Positions 15,995-27,681 of a stretch of 64,000 nt of DNA are shown here, in pieces (position 1 is the stretch's first letter; every line of letters starts with the position of its first letter). A model generated the notes under the pieces. That model did not search any database, was not told the origin of the DNA, and saw only the letters and a program-made list of their open reading frames with translations. Position numbers and translations under genes: made by a program. The DNA lies in NCBI RefSeq assembly GCF_053078305.1, contig NZ_CP166879.1; one strand, 5' to 3'.

Positions 15995-18433
15995 ATGAGC
16001 ACTGATAAAGAAGAATTTTCGCTATATTGCGAAGCAAAAAATGACAAGGTCAGAAAACGCCTTGGGATTAAAGGAGGTTTTTACTGGACTACAGCAAAAA
16101 AATTATCTGTTGCCATCTCACGGTGCGTTGTTGCAATGGACGAGGCAGGCTACGACGCTGATGATTTCAAAAAACCTGTCCGCGTCCATTTCCCCGTTGT
16201 GAATGACCTTCCACCGGAAGGCGTGTTTGATACCGAATTCTGCAACCGCTATGAAAAAGGCGGGGAAGATGGCATCACAATGATATTTATAGCGCCTTCC
16301 CCCTCAGTTCAGGACAAACCAGCCAGCACTGACAATACCAACGTCAATGGCGAAGACATGGCTGAGATTGAGGATAATATGCTCCTGCCGATTTCCGGTC
16401 AGGAACTGCCCATTCGCTGGCTTGCGCAACATGGCAGCGAAAAACCGGTAACGCACGTTTCACGGGAAGAACTTCAGGCATTACATATCGCACGAGCTGA
16501 AGAACTGCCGGCTGTTACTGCCCTGGCTATTTCCCACAACACAAAGCTGCTCGACCCGCTGGAGATTCGCGACCTTCATAAACTGGTACGCGACACAGAC
16601 AAAGTTTTCCCTAATCCCGTTAATTCCAGTCTGGGGTTAATGACTGCTTTTTTCGAAGCATACCTGGACGCTGACTATACCGATCGAGGTCTGCTGACAA
16701 AAGAGTGGATGAAAGGAAATCGTGTTTCTCGCATCACCCGCACGGCTTCCGGTGCAAATGCCGGTGGCGGAAATAAAACCGATCGTAATCCTGACTTAGT
16801 ACACACCCTCGATACTCTGGATGTGGAGGCTGCAGCAGCCACACTTCCGATGGATTTTAATATTTATGAAATACCCGTGAGCGTTTATCGTCGCGCAAAA
16901 GAAATCGTCCTGAAAAAAGAAAGTCCGTTCAGGGAATGGTCCGCAGCACTTCGCGCAACCCCTGGTATCCTGGACTATTCCCGCGCAGCTATTTTTGCAC
17001 TTATCCGGAGCGCCCACCCTGAGTTTTATCACTACCCGGGACGCCTTCAGGGGTATATCAATGCCAACCTGACAGAAACTGATCACGAGAATCCCACAGC
17101 TGAAACGCTCATGGCTGCCCGGCATACACCGGAAAAAGATATCCTGGAAGAAATTAACGGCGGACTGGCTGCTGAGTGCAAAACAGAAGAAGAAAAAAAT
17201 GATGAAGAAAACCCGCAACCATCTGGCGCAATGGCAGATGAACAGGCAACGGCTGAAACAATGGCAGCGGATACAGTTGAACATCATCAGGACCCGCAGC
17301 CGCTGGATGACAAGTCACAGGTAAAAGTTACTGCTGAAGAAGTAAATAAAATTATGGAGGCAGCAGACATCAGTCGACCAGATGCCGACAAATTGCTTGC
17401 CGCTTCTCGTGGTGAGTTTGTTGAAGGGATTAGCGACCCGAATGATTCGAAATGGGTTAAGGGGATTGAAACCTGCGATTCTGTGAACCAGAACCAGCAA
17501 GAAACGGAACAGAACGGTCAGAAAGCGGAACAAAACAGCCCAAATGCGTTACAAAACGAGCCAGAAACGAAACAACCTGAACCAGTAGTGCAACAGGAAG
17601 AGGAAAAAGTTTGTACCGCATGCAATCAGACTGGTGGTGGTAACTGCCCTGATTGTGGCGCAGTGATGGGGGACGCAACCTACCAGGAGACATTCAACGA
17701 AGAAAGCCAGGATGAAGCCCGGGAAAAAGATCCGGAGGAAATGGAAAGTGCCGGACTCCCGAACAAGGAGTGCACCGAAGGCGATCAACATGCCAATGGC
17801 AATAATGAAACAGGCGAGACAGCAAATCCCTTAATTAAGGTGAACGGTCATCGTGAAATCACATCCACCAGCAGGTTATGGCACCATCTGATGATTGACC
17901 TTGAAACAATGGGCAAAAATCCTGACGCACCAATAGCCTCAATAGGCGCTGTATTTTTCGATCCACAAACCGGAGAGCAGGGGCCTGAATTCAGCAAAAT
18001 AATTGATATGGGTACATGTGGCGGCACTGTAGACATAAGCACCATCGAATGGTGGCTTCAACGCTCTGGCGAAGCCCGTGCCGCCATTTTAGCTGATCGA
18101 ATACCGCTTGATGATGCGCTTTTACAATTACGGGAATTTATAGACGAAAACTCCGGTGAGTTTTTTGTTCAGGTCTGGGGAAATGGAGCCAACTTCGACA
18201 ACGTGATTTTACGCCGTTCATATGAACGGCAGGAGATCCCCTGCCCGTGGCGTTACACCAATGATCGTGATGTAAGAACGATTGTTGCCCTGGGGCTGGT
18301 GATGGATTTCGATGCTCGAAGTGTCATCACATTTGAGGGTGAACGCCATAATGCCCTGCACGATGCGCGTTACCAGGCAAAATACGTTTCAGCTATCTGG
18401 CAAAAACTGTTCCCGAATCAGGCTGATTTTTAA
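15995..18433 (+). CDS. Large protein with C-terminal DEDDh-type 3'-5' exonuclease domain, central acidic low-complexity region and zinc-ribbon-like Cys cluster
   Basis: 812-aa ORF with RBS; Exo I MIDLETMG, Exo [14 protein letters not shown], Exo [16 protein letters not shown]; [16 protein letters not shown]; sits between Rha module and xis/int. Confidence 0.6.
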   Translation: MSTDKEEFSLYCEAKNDKVRKRLGIKGGFYWTTAKKLSVAISRCVVAMDEAGYDADDFKKPVRVHFPVVNDLPPEGVFDTEFCNRYEKGGEDGITMIFIAPSPSVQDKPASTDNTNVNGEDMAEIEDNMLLPISGQELPIRWLAQHGSEKPVTHVSREELQALHIARAEELPAVTALAISHNTKLLDPLEIRDLHKLVRDTDKVFPNPVNSSLGLMTAFFEAYLDADYTDRGLLTKEWMKGNRVSRITRTASGANAGGGNKTDRNPDLVHTLDTLDVEAAAATLPMDFNIYEIPVSVYRRAKEIVLKKESPFREWSAALRATPGILDYSRAAIFALIRSAHPEFYHYPGRLQGYINANLTETDHENPTAETLMAARHTPEKDILEEINGGLAAECKTEEEKNDEENPQPSGAMADEQATAETMAADTVEHHQDPQPLDDKSQVKVTAEEVNKIMEAADISRPDADKLLAASRGEFVEGISDPNDSKWVKGIETCDSVNQNQQETEQNGQKAEQNSPNALQNEPETKQPEPVVQQEEEKVCTACNQTGGGNCPDCGAVMGDATYQETFNEESQDEAREKDPEEMESAGLPNKECTEGDQHANGNNETGETANPLIKVNGHREITSTSRLWHHLMIDLETMGKNPDAPIASIGAVFFDPQTGEQGPEFSKIIDMGTCGGTVDISTIEWWLQRSGEARAAILADRIPLDDALLQLREFIDENSGEFFVQVWGNGANFDNVILRRSYERQEIPCPWRYTNDRDVRTIVALGLVMDFDARSVITFEGERHNALHDARYQAKYVSAIWQKLFPNQADF

Positions 18434-18499
18434 TGTTCAACCCATATCGCCGCCCACAAGCTATAGTGGCGGCGGTCATGCTGTAAGGCACGTGACCAC

Positions 18500-18751
18500 A
18501 TGTACGAATTAACTCTATCGCCAGCAGAAATTCAAGAGATCACGAGATACGAACGGTATACAAAACAGCAACAACAGTTAAGGTTGCACGGTATCCCATT
18601 TGTACCCGGTCCTAAAAACGAACCAATAGTTCTTCGCAGTGATGTCCCGCGCGGACTGACTGCGATACCGAAAGTATCTGAACTGGTTTCTGCTGACCCC
18701 GATTTTGAGGCGCTGAACAATGGGAAGACCAAGAAAAAACAAAAAAGATAA
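18500..18751 (+). CDS. Putative excisionase (Xis-position small basic protein)
   Basis: 83-aa ORF immediately upstream of and overlapping int, as lambda xis does. Confidence 0.4.
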   Translation: MYELTLSPAEIQEITRYERYTKQQQQLRLHGIPFVPGPKNEPIVLRSDVPRGLTAIPKVSELVSADPDFEALNNGKTKKKQKR

Positions 18752-19739
18752 TGCACTACCGCCACGTGTTAGATCGAATGGTTACAGTTACGTATGGAAA
18801 CCCGAAGGAAGCACAAAAACTATAGGGCTAGGAAGAGTGCGGGAAACCAGCATAGCTAAAGTCTGGCAGAATTATGAACTGGAAAAAGCAAAACGCCACA
18901 ACATAATGACCGTCGCTAAATTATGGCACATGTTTATGGATTCCCCCGCATTTACAGAACTGGCCCCCAGAACCCAAAAAGATTATCGGCAACATCAGAG
19001 GGCGTTACTGGCAGTCTTCGGAAAAGTACTGGCTGATAATGTAAAAATTGAGCAGGTAAGAATTTTCATGGATAAACGGGGGATTGAGAGCAAGACCCAG
19101 GCAAACCATGAACTGGCAAGTCTCAGTCGTGTATACGGGTGGGGATATGAGCGTGGATATGTGAAGAATAACCCATGCAAAGGAGTCAGGAAATTTACGC
19201 TTAAAGCCCGCACTGTTTACATCACAGATGAACAGTATGCGGCGATATATGCGGAAGCAATACCACAGTTACGCATTGCAATGGAGATATCCTATCTTTG
19301 TGCGGCAAGACTCGGTGATGTGCTCGAGCTGAAATGGCAGGATATTATGGATAAAGGAATCTACATTGAGCAAAACAAGACCGGCACCAAACAAATCAAG
19401 GAATGGTCTCCACGATTACGAACCGCGATCCAGTTAGCCAGAAATGTATCTTCAGGCACATGTGAATATGTGATCAACACAACCAAGGGCGGGAAGGTCA
19501 TAGCTAAAACGCTAAACAACTGGTGGAACCAGGCTAAACACGCAGCCGAGAAAAAATCCGGCGTCCCGTTTGGGTGCAATTTCCATGACATAAAAGCCAA
19601 AGGAATATCAGATTACGAAGGAAGCAGTCGCGACAAACAGATTTTCAGTGGACATAAAACAGAAAATCAGGTGTTGATTTATGATCGTAAAACAAAAATC
19701 ACGCCGACACTGGATTTGCCACTTGTGGTCAGCAAGTAG
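18720..19739 (+). CDS. int: Lambda-family tyrosine integrase
   Basis: 339-aa ORF; N-terminus MGRPRKNKKDNALPPRVRSNGYSYVWKP...GLGR parallels lambda Int; 3' end faces the att site. Confidence 0.9.
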   Translation: MGRPRKNKKDNALPPRVRSNGYSYVWKPEGSTKTIGLGRVRETSIAKVWQNYELEKAKRHNIMTVAKLWHMFMDSPAFTELAPRTQKDYRQHQRALLAVFGKVLADNVKIEQVRIFMDKRGIESKTQANHELASLSRVYGWGYERGYVKNNPCKGVRKFTLKARTVYITDEQYAAIYAEAIPQLRIAMEISYLCAARLGDVLELKWQDIMDKGIYIEQNKTGTKQIKEWSPRLRTAIQLARNVSSGTCEYVINTTKGGKVIAKTLNNWWNQAKHAAEKKSGVPFGCNFHDIKAKGISDYEGSSRDKQIFSGHKTENQVLIYDRKTKITPTLDLPLVVSK

Positions 19740-19880
19740 GCAACTCAGGAAATTTTCTGGCAAAAAAGACTTGGTATACTAACTCTGAAAGCTCCCTAAC
19801 AGCCTGATTTTTCTAGGTGTTAAGTTTGGTTAATTTTTCAGCTATTTTTCGTATTGCATTGATTTTTATTTATTTTTCAT

Positions 19881-19940
19881 CGGTCTTGAAAACCGGCGAC
19901 CCGAAAGGGTTCCAGAGTTCGAATCTCTGCGCTTCCGCCA
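19881..19940 (+). other. 3' 60 nt of tRNA-Ser (serT) without the 5' part: prophage attachment-site core at the right junction
   Basis: CGGTCTTGAAAACCGGCGACCCGAAAGGGTTCCAGAGTTCGAATCTCTGCGCTTCCGCCA matches serT positions 29-88 as I recall the K-12 gene; preceding DNA is AT-rich phage arm. Confidence 0.85.
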
Positions 19941-19948
19941 GATAAGAT

Positions 19949-19979
19949 AAGGGGTTAGCTAAATGCTAACCCCTTTTTC
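19949..19979 (+). terminator. serT intrinsic terminator
   Basis: GGGGTTAGCT-AAAT-GCTAACCCC hairpin followed by TTTTTC. Confidence 0.6.
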
Positions 19980-20146
19980 TTTTGCCTGTCGAAATTCTCA
20001 GGGCGTTATATTTGCTTAATGACCTGATAATCCGCTGTTAAACCTGTTCCAGATCAAATGCGTAAAGATGGGTAAAACTTCTGGGTGCCCTTACGCATTA
20101 TCATTATGCTGCTTAATTAATTACATCTGTCATAGAGAGTGACTCA

Positions 20147-20806
20147 ATGGATCGTATTGTTAGTTCTTCACATGACCGTACATCACTGCTTAGCACCCAT
20201 AAGGTGCTGCGTAATACCTATTTTCTGCTGAGCCTGACGCTGGCCTTTTCGGCGATTACCGCAACTGCCAGTACGGTGCTGATGCTGCCATCTCCGGGTC
20301 TGATTCTGACGCTGGTGGGTATGTATGGTTTGATGTTCCTGACCTATAAAACGGCGAATAAGCCGACCGGGATTATCTCCGCATTCGCCTTTACCGGTTT
20401 TCTGGGTTATATCCTCGGACCAATTCTGAACACCTATCTGTCTGCCGGAATGGGTGACGTAATCGCTATGGCACTGGGCGGAACGGCGTTAGTGTTCTTC
20501 TGCTGCTCTGCATATGTGCTGACCACCCGCAAAGATATGTCGTTCCTCGGCGGTATGCTGATGGCGGGTATTGTGGTGGTGCTGATTGGTATGGTTGCTA
20601 ATATCTTCCTGCAACTGCCTGCTCTGCATCTGGCGATCAGCGCGGTCTTCATTTTGATCTCCTCTGGCGCTATTTTGTTTGAAACCAGCAACATCATTCA
20701 TGGCGGTGAAACGAACTATATTCGTGCCACGGTTAGCCTGTATGTTTCGCTGTACAACATCTTCGTCAGCCTGCTGAGCATTCTGGGCTTCGCCAGCCGC
20801 GATTAA
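20147..20806 (+). CDS. yccA: Inner membrane protein YccA (BI-1 family, FtsH modulator)
   Basis: 219-aa product [28 protein letters not shown]... matches E. coli YccA full length. Confidence 0.95.
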   Translation: MDRIVSSSHDRTSLLSTHKVLRNTYFLLSLTLAFSAITATASTVLMLPSPGLILTLVGMYGLMFLTYKTANKPTGIISAFAFTGFLGYILGPILNTYLSAGMGDVIAMALGGTALVFFCCSAYVLTTRKDMSFLGGMLMAGIVVVLIGMVANIFLQLPALHLAISAVFILISSGAILFETSNIIHGGETNYIRATVSLYVSLYNIFVSLLSILGFASRD

Positions 20807-20896
20807 TCTCACCCGCTAACACTTTCATAGCCTCGCTTTATGCGGGGCTTTGTTTTTTGTTACACTGCCGGCAGTCTGATTAAGGTAGTAATAATT

Positions 20897-21226
20897 ATGC
20901 TGATCTTCGAAGGTAAAGAGATAGAAACGGATACCGAAGGCTATCTCAAAGAAAGCAGCCAGTGGAGTGAGCCGCTGGCAGTGGTGATTGCAGAGAACGA
21001 AGGGATTTCGCTGTCGCCAGAACACTGGGAAGTGGTGCGTTTTGTGCGTGATTTCTATCTGGAATTTAATACGTCTCCGGCGATTCGTATGCTGGTAAAA
21101 GCGATGGCGAATAAATTTGGCGAAGAAAAAGGTAACAGCCGCTATTTATACCGACTGTTTCCGAAAGGTCCGGCTAAGCAAGCCACCAAAATTGCTGGCC
21201 TGCCAAAACCGGTAAAATGTATTTAA
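20897..21226 (+). CDS. tusE: Sulfurtransferase TusE (DsrC-like)
   Basis: 109-aa product [19 protein letters not shown]...; ATG at 20897. Confidence 0.93.
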
Positions 21227-21501
21227 CGGATACGAAAATCGGTTAATTCACCCGAGGGATGATGCGGCTCGCTGAGCACCCGTTCTACACGCGCAGAACG
21301 CGGGCCGCCACTCTTTAACCACTGCATTAATTTTTCTACCTGCCCTTCTTCACCGCAAGCAACCACTTCCACGCTGCCATCGTCAAGATTTTTGGCGTAC
21401 CCGCTTAACCCGAGTTTTTTCGCTTCGTACTGCGTGGTATAGCGAAATCCTACGCCCTGAACTCGCCCGTAAACCCAGGCAATTATGCAGACTTTCGACA
21501 T
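21223..21501 (-). CDS. yccX: Acylphosphatase
   Basis: 92-aa product [23 protein letters not shown]...; ATG confirmed at 21501. Confidence 0.93.
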
Positions 21502-21595
21502 TGCTGCTCTCCTTATCCTTAATGGACGCGTTGCAAATCCATGGAAAACTCCGGACAATGACGCCCATTTCTTTGCATCGACAGAAAAGTAAATT

Positions 21596-22786
21596 ATGAG
21601 TGTACGTTTAGTGTTAGCCAAAGGGCGCGAAAAATCATTACTTCGTCGCCATCCGTGGGTCTTTTCCGGGGCCGTTGCCCGCATGGAAGGTAAAGCCAGC
21701 CTCGGTGAAACCATCGATATTGTTGATCATCAGGGAAAATGGTTAGCACGCGGCGCTTATTCGCCAGCTTCGCAAATCCGGGCGCGCGTCTGGACGTTTG
21801 ACCCGTCTGAGTCTATCGACATTGCTTTTTTTTCCCGCCGTTTGCAACAAGCACAAAAATGGCGTGACTGGCTGGCGCAAAAAGATGGCCTCGACAGCTA
21901 TCGTTTAATCGCCGGTGAATCTGATGGCCTGCCGGGTATTACTATCGATCGTTTCGGTAATTTTCTGGTGCTGCAACTGCTGAGTGCTGGGGCAGAGTAT
22001 CAGCGCGCGGCATTAATTAGTGCCCTGCAAACGCTGTACCCGGAATGTGCGATTTACGATCGCAGCGATGTTGCGGTACGTAAAAAAGAAGGGATGGAGC
22101 TGACCCAGGGCCCCGTCACCGGCGAGTTGCCGCCTGCCCTGCTGCCGATTGAAGAACACGGCATGAAGCTGCTGGTGGATATTCAGCACGGACACAAAAC
22201 GGGCTACTACCTGGACCAGCGTGATAGTCGCCTGGCTACCCGCCGCTACGTTGAAAATAAACGCGTACTGAACTGTTTCTCCTATACCGGTGGTTTCGCC
22301 GTATCGGCACTGATGGGCGGTTGCAGCCAGGTTGTCAGCGTTGATACCTCCCAGGAAGCGCTGGATATTGCACGGCAGAACGTTGAGCTGAACAAACTGG
22401 ATCTGAGCAAGGCGGAGTTTGTCCGTGATGATGTCTTTAAATTGCTGCGTACTTATCGCGATCGCGGTGAAAAATTTGACGTTATCGTGATGGACCCGCC
22501 GAAGTTTGTTGAGAATAAAAGCCAGTTGATGGGCGCGTGTCGTGGCTATAAAGACATCAACATGCTGGCGATTCAGTTGCTGAATGAAGGCGGTATTCTC
22601 CTGACTTTCTCCTGTTCCGGTCTGATGACCAGCGATTTATTTCAGAAAATCATCGCGGATGCCGCAATTGATGCCGGCCGTGATGTACAATTTATAGAGC
22701 AGTTCCGTCAGGCAGCCGATCATCCGGTGATCGCTACCTACCCGGAAGGGCTATATCTGAAAGGGTTTGCCTGTCGCGTCATGTAA
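21596..22786 (+). CDS. rlmI: 23S rRNA m5C1962 methyltransferase RlmI
   Basis: 396-aa product [27 protein letters not shown]... Confidence 0.95.
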   Translation: MSVRLVLAKGREKSLLRRHPWVFSGAVARMEGKASLGETIDIVDHQGKWLARGAYSPASQIRARVWTFDPSESIDIAFFSRRLQQAQKWRDWLAQKDGLDSYRLIAGESDGLPGITIDRFGNFLVLQLLSAGAEYQRAALISALQTLYPECAIYDRSDVAVRKKEGMELTQGPVTGELPPALLPIEEHGMKLLVDIQHGHKTGYYLDQRDSRLATRRYVENKRVLNCFSYTGGFAVSALMGGCSQVVSVDTSQEALDIARQNVELNKLDLSKAEFVRDDVFKLLRTYRDRGEKFDVIVMDPPKFVENKSQLMGACRGYKDINMLAIQLLNEGGILLTFSCSGLMTSDLFQKIIADAAIDAGRDVQFIEQFRQAADHPVIATYPEGLYLKGFACRVM

Positions 22787-23161
<375 letters not shown>

Positions 23162-23205
23162 TCCCTGAACAAATCCCCGGAAGGTTTTTGCCTTCCGGGG
23201 ATTTT

Positions 23206-23619
23206 TTATTTGGCCAGGCCCAGGCGAGGGATCTCAATAGCCGGGCAGCGATCCATCACCACATTCAACCCGGCATCCCGTGCCAGTACTGCCGCTTGCT
23301 CATTAATCACCCCCAGTTGCATCCAGAGGGTTTTCGCGCCAATGGCAATAGCTTCCTGTGCCACGCCCCACGCCGCTTCTGAATTACGGAAAACATCGAC
23401 CATATCGACCTTTTCCGGAACGTCTGCCAGCGTGCCGTACCCCTGCTGGCCCAGCAGCGTTTTGCCGGCAACTTTTGGCGAAACCGGAATGACGTGATAC
23501 CCCTGGTCGAGTAGATATTTCATCACGCGATAGCTGGGACGATCGGGTTTGTCGCTTGCCCCCACCAGCGCAATGGTGTGAGTGGACGTTAAAATGCCTG
23601 CAATATCGGTTTCTTTCAT
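23206..23619 (-). CDS. yccU: CoA-binding protein YccU
   Basis: 137-aa ORF; K-12 synteny. Confidence 0.92.
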   Translation of the reverse strand: MKETDIAGILTSTHTIALVGASDKPDRPSYRVMKYLLDQGYHVIPVSPKVAGKTLLGQQGYGTLADVPEKVDMVDVFRNSEAAWGVAQEAIAIGAKTLWMQLGVINEQAAVLARDAGLNVVMDRCPAIEIPRLGLAK

Positions 23620-23791
23620 TATTTCCTCCAGACTGTTTCACAAAGTGTACGACAAAGCCGACATGCCAACCATGCAGCTAATACGAATGAATGAGAGCAA
23701 AAGCGGGAAATATGTCTATATGTTAGTAAGTATGATTAAAGAAAAATTTTGACACATTATTATTCGGGCGGTCTTTTGACAGGAGCTACCT

Positions 23792-24454
23792 ATGAAAACC
23801 GGCATCGTGACCACCTTGATTGCATTATGTTTGCCGGTATCCGTTTTTGCCACCACGCTGCGGCTTTCAACCGATGTCGATCTTCTGGTACTCGACGGCA
23901 AGAAGGTCTCCAGCTCTCTGCTGCGCGGTGCGGACAGCATTGAACTGGATAATGGACCGCATCAGTTAGTGTTTCGCGTTGAGAAGACGATTCATCTTTC
24001 CAATAGTGAAGAACGGCTGTATATCTCCCCACCGCTGGTGGTCAGTTTTAATACCCAGCTCATCAACCAGGTCAATTTTCGCCTGCCTCGCCTGGAGAAT
24101 GAGCGGGAAGCTAACCATTTTGATGCCGCGCCGCGCCTTGAATTGTTGGATGGCGATGCGACGCCGATTCCGGTAAAGCTGGATATTCTCGCCATTACCT
24201 CAACGGCAAAAACGATTGATTATGAGGTCGAGGTTGAACGCTATAACAAATCCGCGAAACGCGCTTCACTACCGCAATTTGCCACGATGATGGCAGATGA
24301 CAGTACGCTGCTTTCGGGTGTTTCCGAGCTGGATGCTATTCCACCGCAGTCTCAGGTGCTCACAGAACAACGGCTGAAGTATTGGTTTAAACTGGCTGAC
24401 CCACAAACGCGAAATACTTTCCTGCAGTGGGCGGAAAAACAACCATCTTCCTGA
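23792..24454 (+). CDS. yccT: Periplasmic protein YccT (UPF0319)
   Basis: 220-aa ORF with signal peptide; K-12 synteny. Confidence 0.92.
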
Positions 24455-24549
24455 GATTTTTGTGCCTGTGCGCAGGCTTTTTCGGTCTTTAACTTGCAGC
24501 GATAAGTGCTTACAGTAATCTGTAGGAAAGTTAACTACGGATGTACATT

Positions 24550-25008
24550 ATGGAACTGACGACTCGCACTTTACCTGCGCGGAAACATATTGCGCTGGTG
24601 GCACACGATCACTGCAAACAAATGCTGATGAGCTGGGTGGAACGACATCAACCGTTACTGGAACAACACGTACTGTATGCAACAGGCACTACCGGTAACT
24701 TAATTTCTCGCGCGACCGGCATGAACGTCAACGCGATGTTGAGTGGCCCAATGGGGGGTGACCAGCAGGTTGGCGCATTGATCTCAGAAGGGAAAATTGA
24801 TGTATTGATTTTCTTCTGGGATCCACTAAATGCCGTGCCGCACGATCCTGACGTGAAAGCCTTGCTGCGTCTGGCGACGGTATGGAACATTCCGGTCGCC
24901 ACCAACGTGGCAACGGCAGACTTCATTATCCAGTCGCCGCATTTCAACGACGCGGTCGATATTCTGATCCCCGATTATCAGCGTTATCTCGCGGACCGTC
25001 TGAAGTAA
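24550..25008 (+). CDS. mgsA: Methylglyoxal synthase
   Basis: 152-aa product [24 protein letters not shown]... Confidence 0.95.
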
Positions 25009-25039
25009 TATTGCACAGGTGGCAAACGCCACCTGTTTC

Positions 25040-27094
25040 TTACGGTTTTCTCGCCACCGGCACATCCAGATTTTTCAGTATTTCCACAAAGGGAGAGGGA
25101 TTCTCTTTGTTAAACAGTGCCCATACCCGATGGCGTGCCCGGGTCAGCGCCACGTACATTAACCGCCGTTCTTCAGCGTCCGGGAAATCCTCAACCGGTG
25201 GCAGTAGCGCCTCTTCCATAATCGACTCCCGCGCCGCAGCCGGAAAACCATCACTTCCCTCCTGCAAGCCAACGATGATGACGTAATCCGCCTGTTGCCC
25301 TTTGCTGGCATGAATGGTCATAAAGTCGATTTGCAACTTCGGCCAGCGTGTTGCCGCTTTTTCCAGGCTGGCAGGCCTCATGTGATGGTAACGCGCCAGG
25401 ATCAGAATGCGCTCTTCCGGTTTGGCATAACCAGAGAGCTTATCCAGCAAAGCGTCAAGATGGCTCTCATCCAATAACGTGACGGCTTTTTTGTCTCCAT
25501 TGGTTAAGCTGTTTAGCGGCTTTTTCAGCTGGCCTGGGTTCTGCTGAATAAACCGGTTTGCCACCTCACCGATACGACTGTTAAAACGGTAAGTCGTGTC
25601 TAAATCGCAGCGATCGCCTTCACCAAAGTTTTCATGGAAAGCGGTGGTGAGCGACATTTGCGCACCGCTGAATCGGTAAATCGCCTGCCAGTCATCACCA
25701 ACGGCGAACAACGTCGTCTGACTGTTTTGCTTGCGTAATGCCGCTAACAACGCTGCCCGCTGCGGCGAGATATCCTGAAATTCATCAACCAGAATATGCT
25801 TCCACGGGCTGATAAAGCGACCTTTCTCCAGAATCACAATCGCCTGGTGAATAAGGCCCGAAAAATCGACAGCGTTTTCTGCCTTCAGCGCACCTTTCCA
25901 GGCTTTTAATAACGGAGCCATCAACTTGATACGTTTACTGAACAGATCGCGAATCTCTTCGGGTGCACTGGCAATCATTTCTGCCTGTGCACCACCGTGC
26001 ATCCGCATCAGACTTACCCAACGATCGAGGCGTGAGGCAAGACGACGCTGTAATTTTTCATCATCCCAGAAGTTACCTTCTGGCACTGACCACTGCATTT
26101 CTTCCGTCAGCCATTGCCGCCAGCCCTTCGCCTGCGCTTTCTTTTCGCTGCATTGCTTGCGCCACTCAGCAATAAAGAGTTCATGACGGGCAGCGGTATC
26201 ATTTTCCAGTTTGCTGACTATCGGAACTTTTTTGCTGCCCTGCTGAATAATATGCAGCGCCAGCGCATGAAACGTGCGTGCGGTAATGTCTTCGGTATGT
26301 AGCCGTTCGCGAATACGCTCGTCCATCTCTTCAGCGGCTTTGCGACCAAACGCCAGCAATAAAATTTGCTCAGGGGACGCTTCACCACGCGCCAGCAACC
26401 AGCCTGCACGGGCCACCAGCACCGACGTTTTTCCGCTTCCTGCACCTGCCAGCACTAACAGAGAATGCTCGCCATTAACGACTGCCCGGGCCTGCGCCGG
26501 ATTCAGCGGTGAAGACTCGACCTGGCGGAAAAAATCCGCATACTCGGTAAGCATGGCTTCGGTATACGCCTGGTTATGCTGCAACCGAGCGCTTTCAATA
26601 TCTTTCAACCAGGCCTGACATTTACGCCACGCCTCACGGCAGTTATCGAATTCTTCCAGTCGGTTAACCGGCAACGGCAACGCCGACAAAGCCTGGCGGA
26701 TTTGTTGCTGAACGCCAGAGGTTTGCTCACGCGTCAGCCATTTATTTTCTCCAGTGCGCGTGGCAATCAAATCCAGTTGCTGGCGTAAAACACCAGACGC
26801 AATTTCGCTCATCTCGCCACTCCACCGCCGCCAGTGAGCATCAAGATGATGGTAAAAACGCTGCGTCTCGCCCCATTCGGTGCCGTGCAAACGCACCACT
26901 TTTTCGTCCGGCAGTACAAATTCCAGCTCGCCCCATACCAGACCGCGCTTACAGTGAATCGCCAGTAATTGATTGAAAGGAATAAGGTATTCGTGGCGAT
27001 CGCCGGAGACTTTAATACCGGCATTGAGGATCACCGCCCGATCGTAAGGGTGCTGTGCCAGACGTTTTCCAAGCGTTGTCGCTTTCAGTTCCAT
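25040..27094 (-). CDS. helD: DNA helicase IV
   Basis: 684-aa product MELKATTLGKRLAQHPYDRAVILNAG...; UvrD-like Walker motifs. Confidence 0.95.
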   Translation of the reverse strand: MELKATTLGKRLAQHPYDRAVILNAGIKVSGDRHEYLIPFNQLLAIHCKRGLVWGELEFVLPDEKVVRLHGTEWGETQRFYHHLDAHWRRWSGEMSEIASGVLRQQLDLIATRTGENKWLTREQTSGVQQQIRQALSALPLPVNRLEEFDNCREAWRKCQAWLKDIESARLQHNQAYTEAMLTEYADFFRQVESSPLNPAQARAVVNGEHSLLVLAGAGSGKTSVLVARAGWLLARGEASPEQILLLAFGRKAAEEMDERIRERLHTEDITARTFHALALHIIQQGSKKVPIVSKLENDTAARHELFIAEWRKQCSEKKAQAKGWRQWLTEEMQWSVPEGNFWDDEKLQRRLASRLDRWVSLMRMHGGAQAEMIASAPEEIRDLFSKRIKLMAPLLKAWKGALKAENAVDFSGLIHQAIVILEKGRFISPWKHILVDEFQDISPQRAALLAALRKQNSQTTLFAVGDDWQAIYRFSGAQMSLTTAFHENFGEGDRCDLDTTYRFNSRIGEVANRFIQQNPGQLKKPLNSLTNGDKKAVTLLDESHLDALLDKLSGYAKPEERILILARYHHMRPASLEKAATRWPKLQIDFMTIHASKGQQADYVIIVGLQEGSDGFPAAARESIMEEALLPPVEDFPDAEERRLMYVALTRARHRVWALFNKENPSPFVEILKNLDVPVARKP

Positions 27095-27216
27095 GACTCT
27101 GTAGATCCACACGAAATTATTTCTTATCAGTGTAACCGTCAGAGAAAACGTGCTCCAGCCCAAAAAAACGTTACAATTGCCGCCCATTACTGAAAACCAC
27201 AGTAAAGCGAGGTTTT

Positions 27217-27663
27217 ATGCGTACCGTTTTGAACATTCTGAACTTTGTGCTTGGCGGATTTGCCACCACTCTGGGCTGGCTGTTGGCGACTCTGGTCAGT
27301 ATTGTGCTGATTTTTACCTTACCGCTGACACGATCCTGCTGGGAGATCACTAAACTGTCTCTGGTGCCTTATGGCAATGAAGCTATTCATGTCGATGAAC
27401 TGAACCCGGCTGGCAAAAATGTGCTGCTGAATACTGGCGGTACGGTATTGAATATTTTCTGGCTGATTTTCTTTGGCTGGTGGTTATGCCTGATGCACAT
27501 TGCAACGGGCATCGCACAATGTATTTCCATCATTGGCATTCCTGTCGGTATTGCGAACTTTAAAATTGCCGCTATTGCACTATGGCCGGTTGGTCGTCGC
27601 GTGGTATCGGTAGAAACAGCGCAAGCTGCGCGTGAAGCCAATGCACGTCGTCGTTTTGAATAA
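27217..27663 (+). CDS. yccF: Inner membrane protein YccF
   Basis: 148-aa ORF; K-12 synteny. Confidence 0.92.
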   Translation: MRTVLNILNFVLGGFATTLGWLLATLVSIVLIFTLPLTRSCWEITKLSLVPYGNEAIHVDELNPAGKNVLLNTGGTVLNIFWLIFFGWWLCLMHIATGIAQCISIIGIPVGIANFKIAAIALWPVGRRVVSVETAQAAREANARRRFE

Positions 27664-27681
27664 TCCACTAATATGGCCTTT

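Larger units (their letters stand above)
1..19940. mobile_element. Lambdoid (Rac/Qin-like) prophage, partial: int-proximal end through the Q/late-promoter region; remainder lies beyond window start
   Basis: Contiguous phage gene set (int, xis, Rha, cI/cro-like, O/P-like, rusA, Q-like, hok, tRNA trio, methyltransferases) ending at a 60-nt 3' fragment of tRNA-Ser just upstream of host yccA. Confidence 0.85.

Noticed and set aside
19881-19940. An intact serT tRNA gene
   Set aside because: Only the 3' 60 nt match tRNA-Ser; the 5' 28 nt are replaced by phage DNA, so it is annotated as an attachment-site remnant rather than a tRNA.
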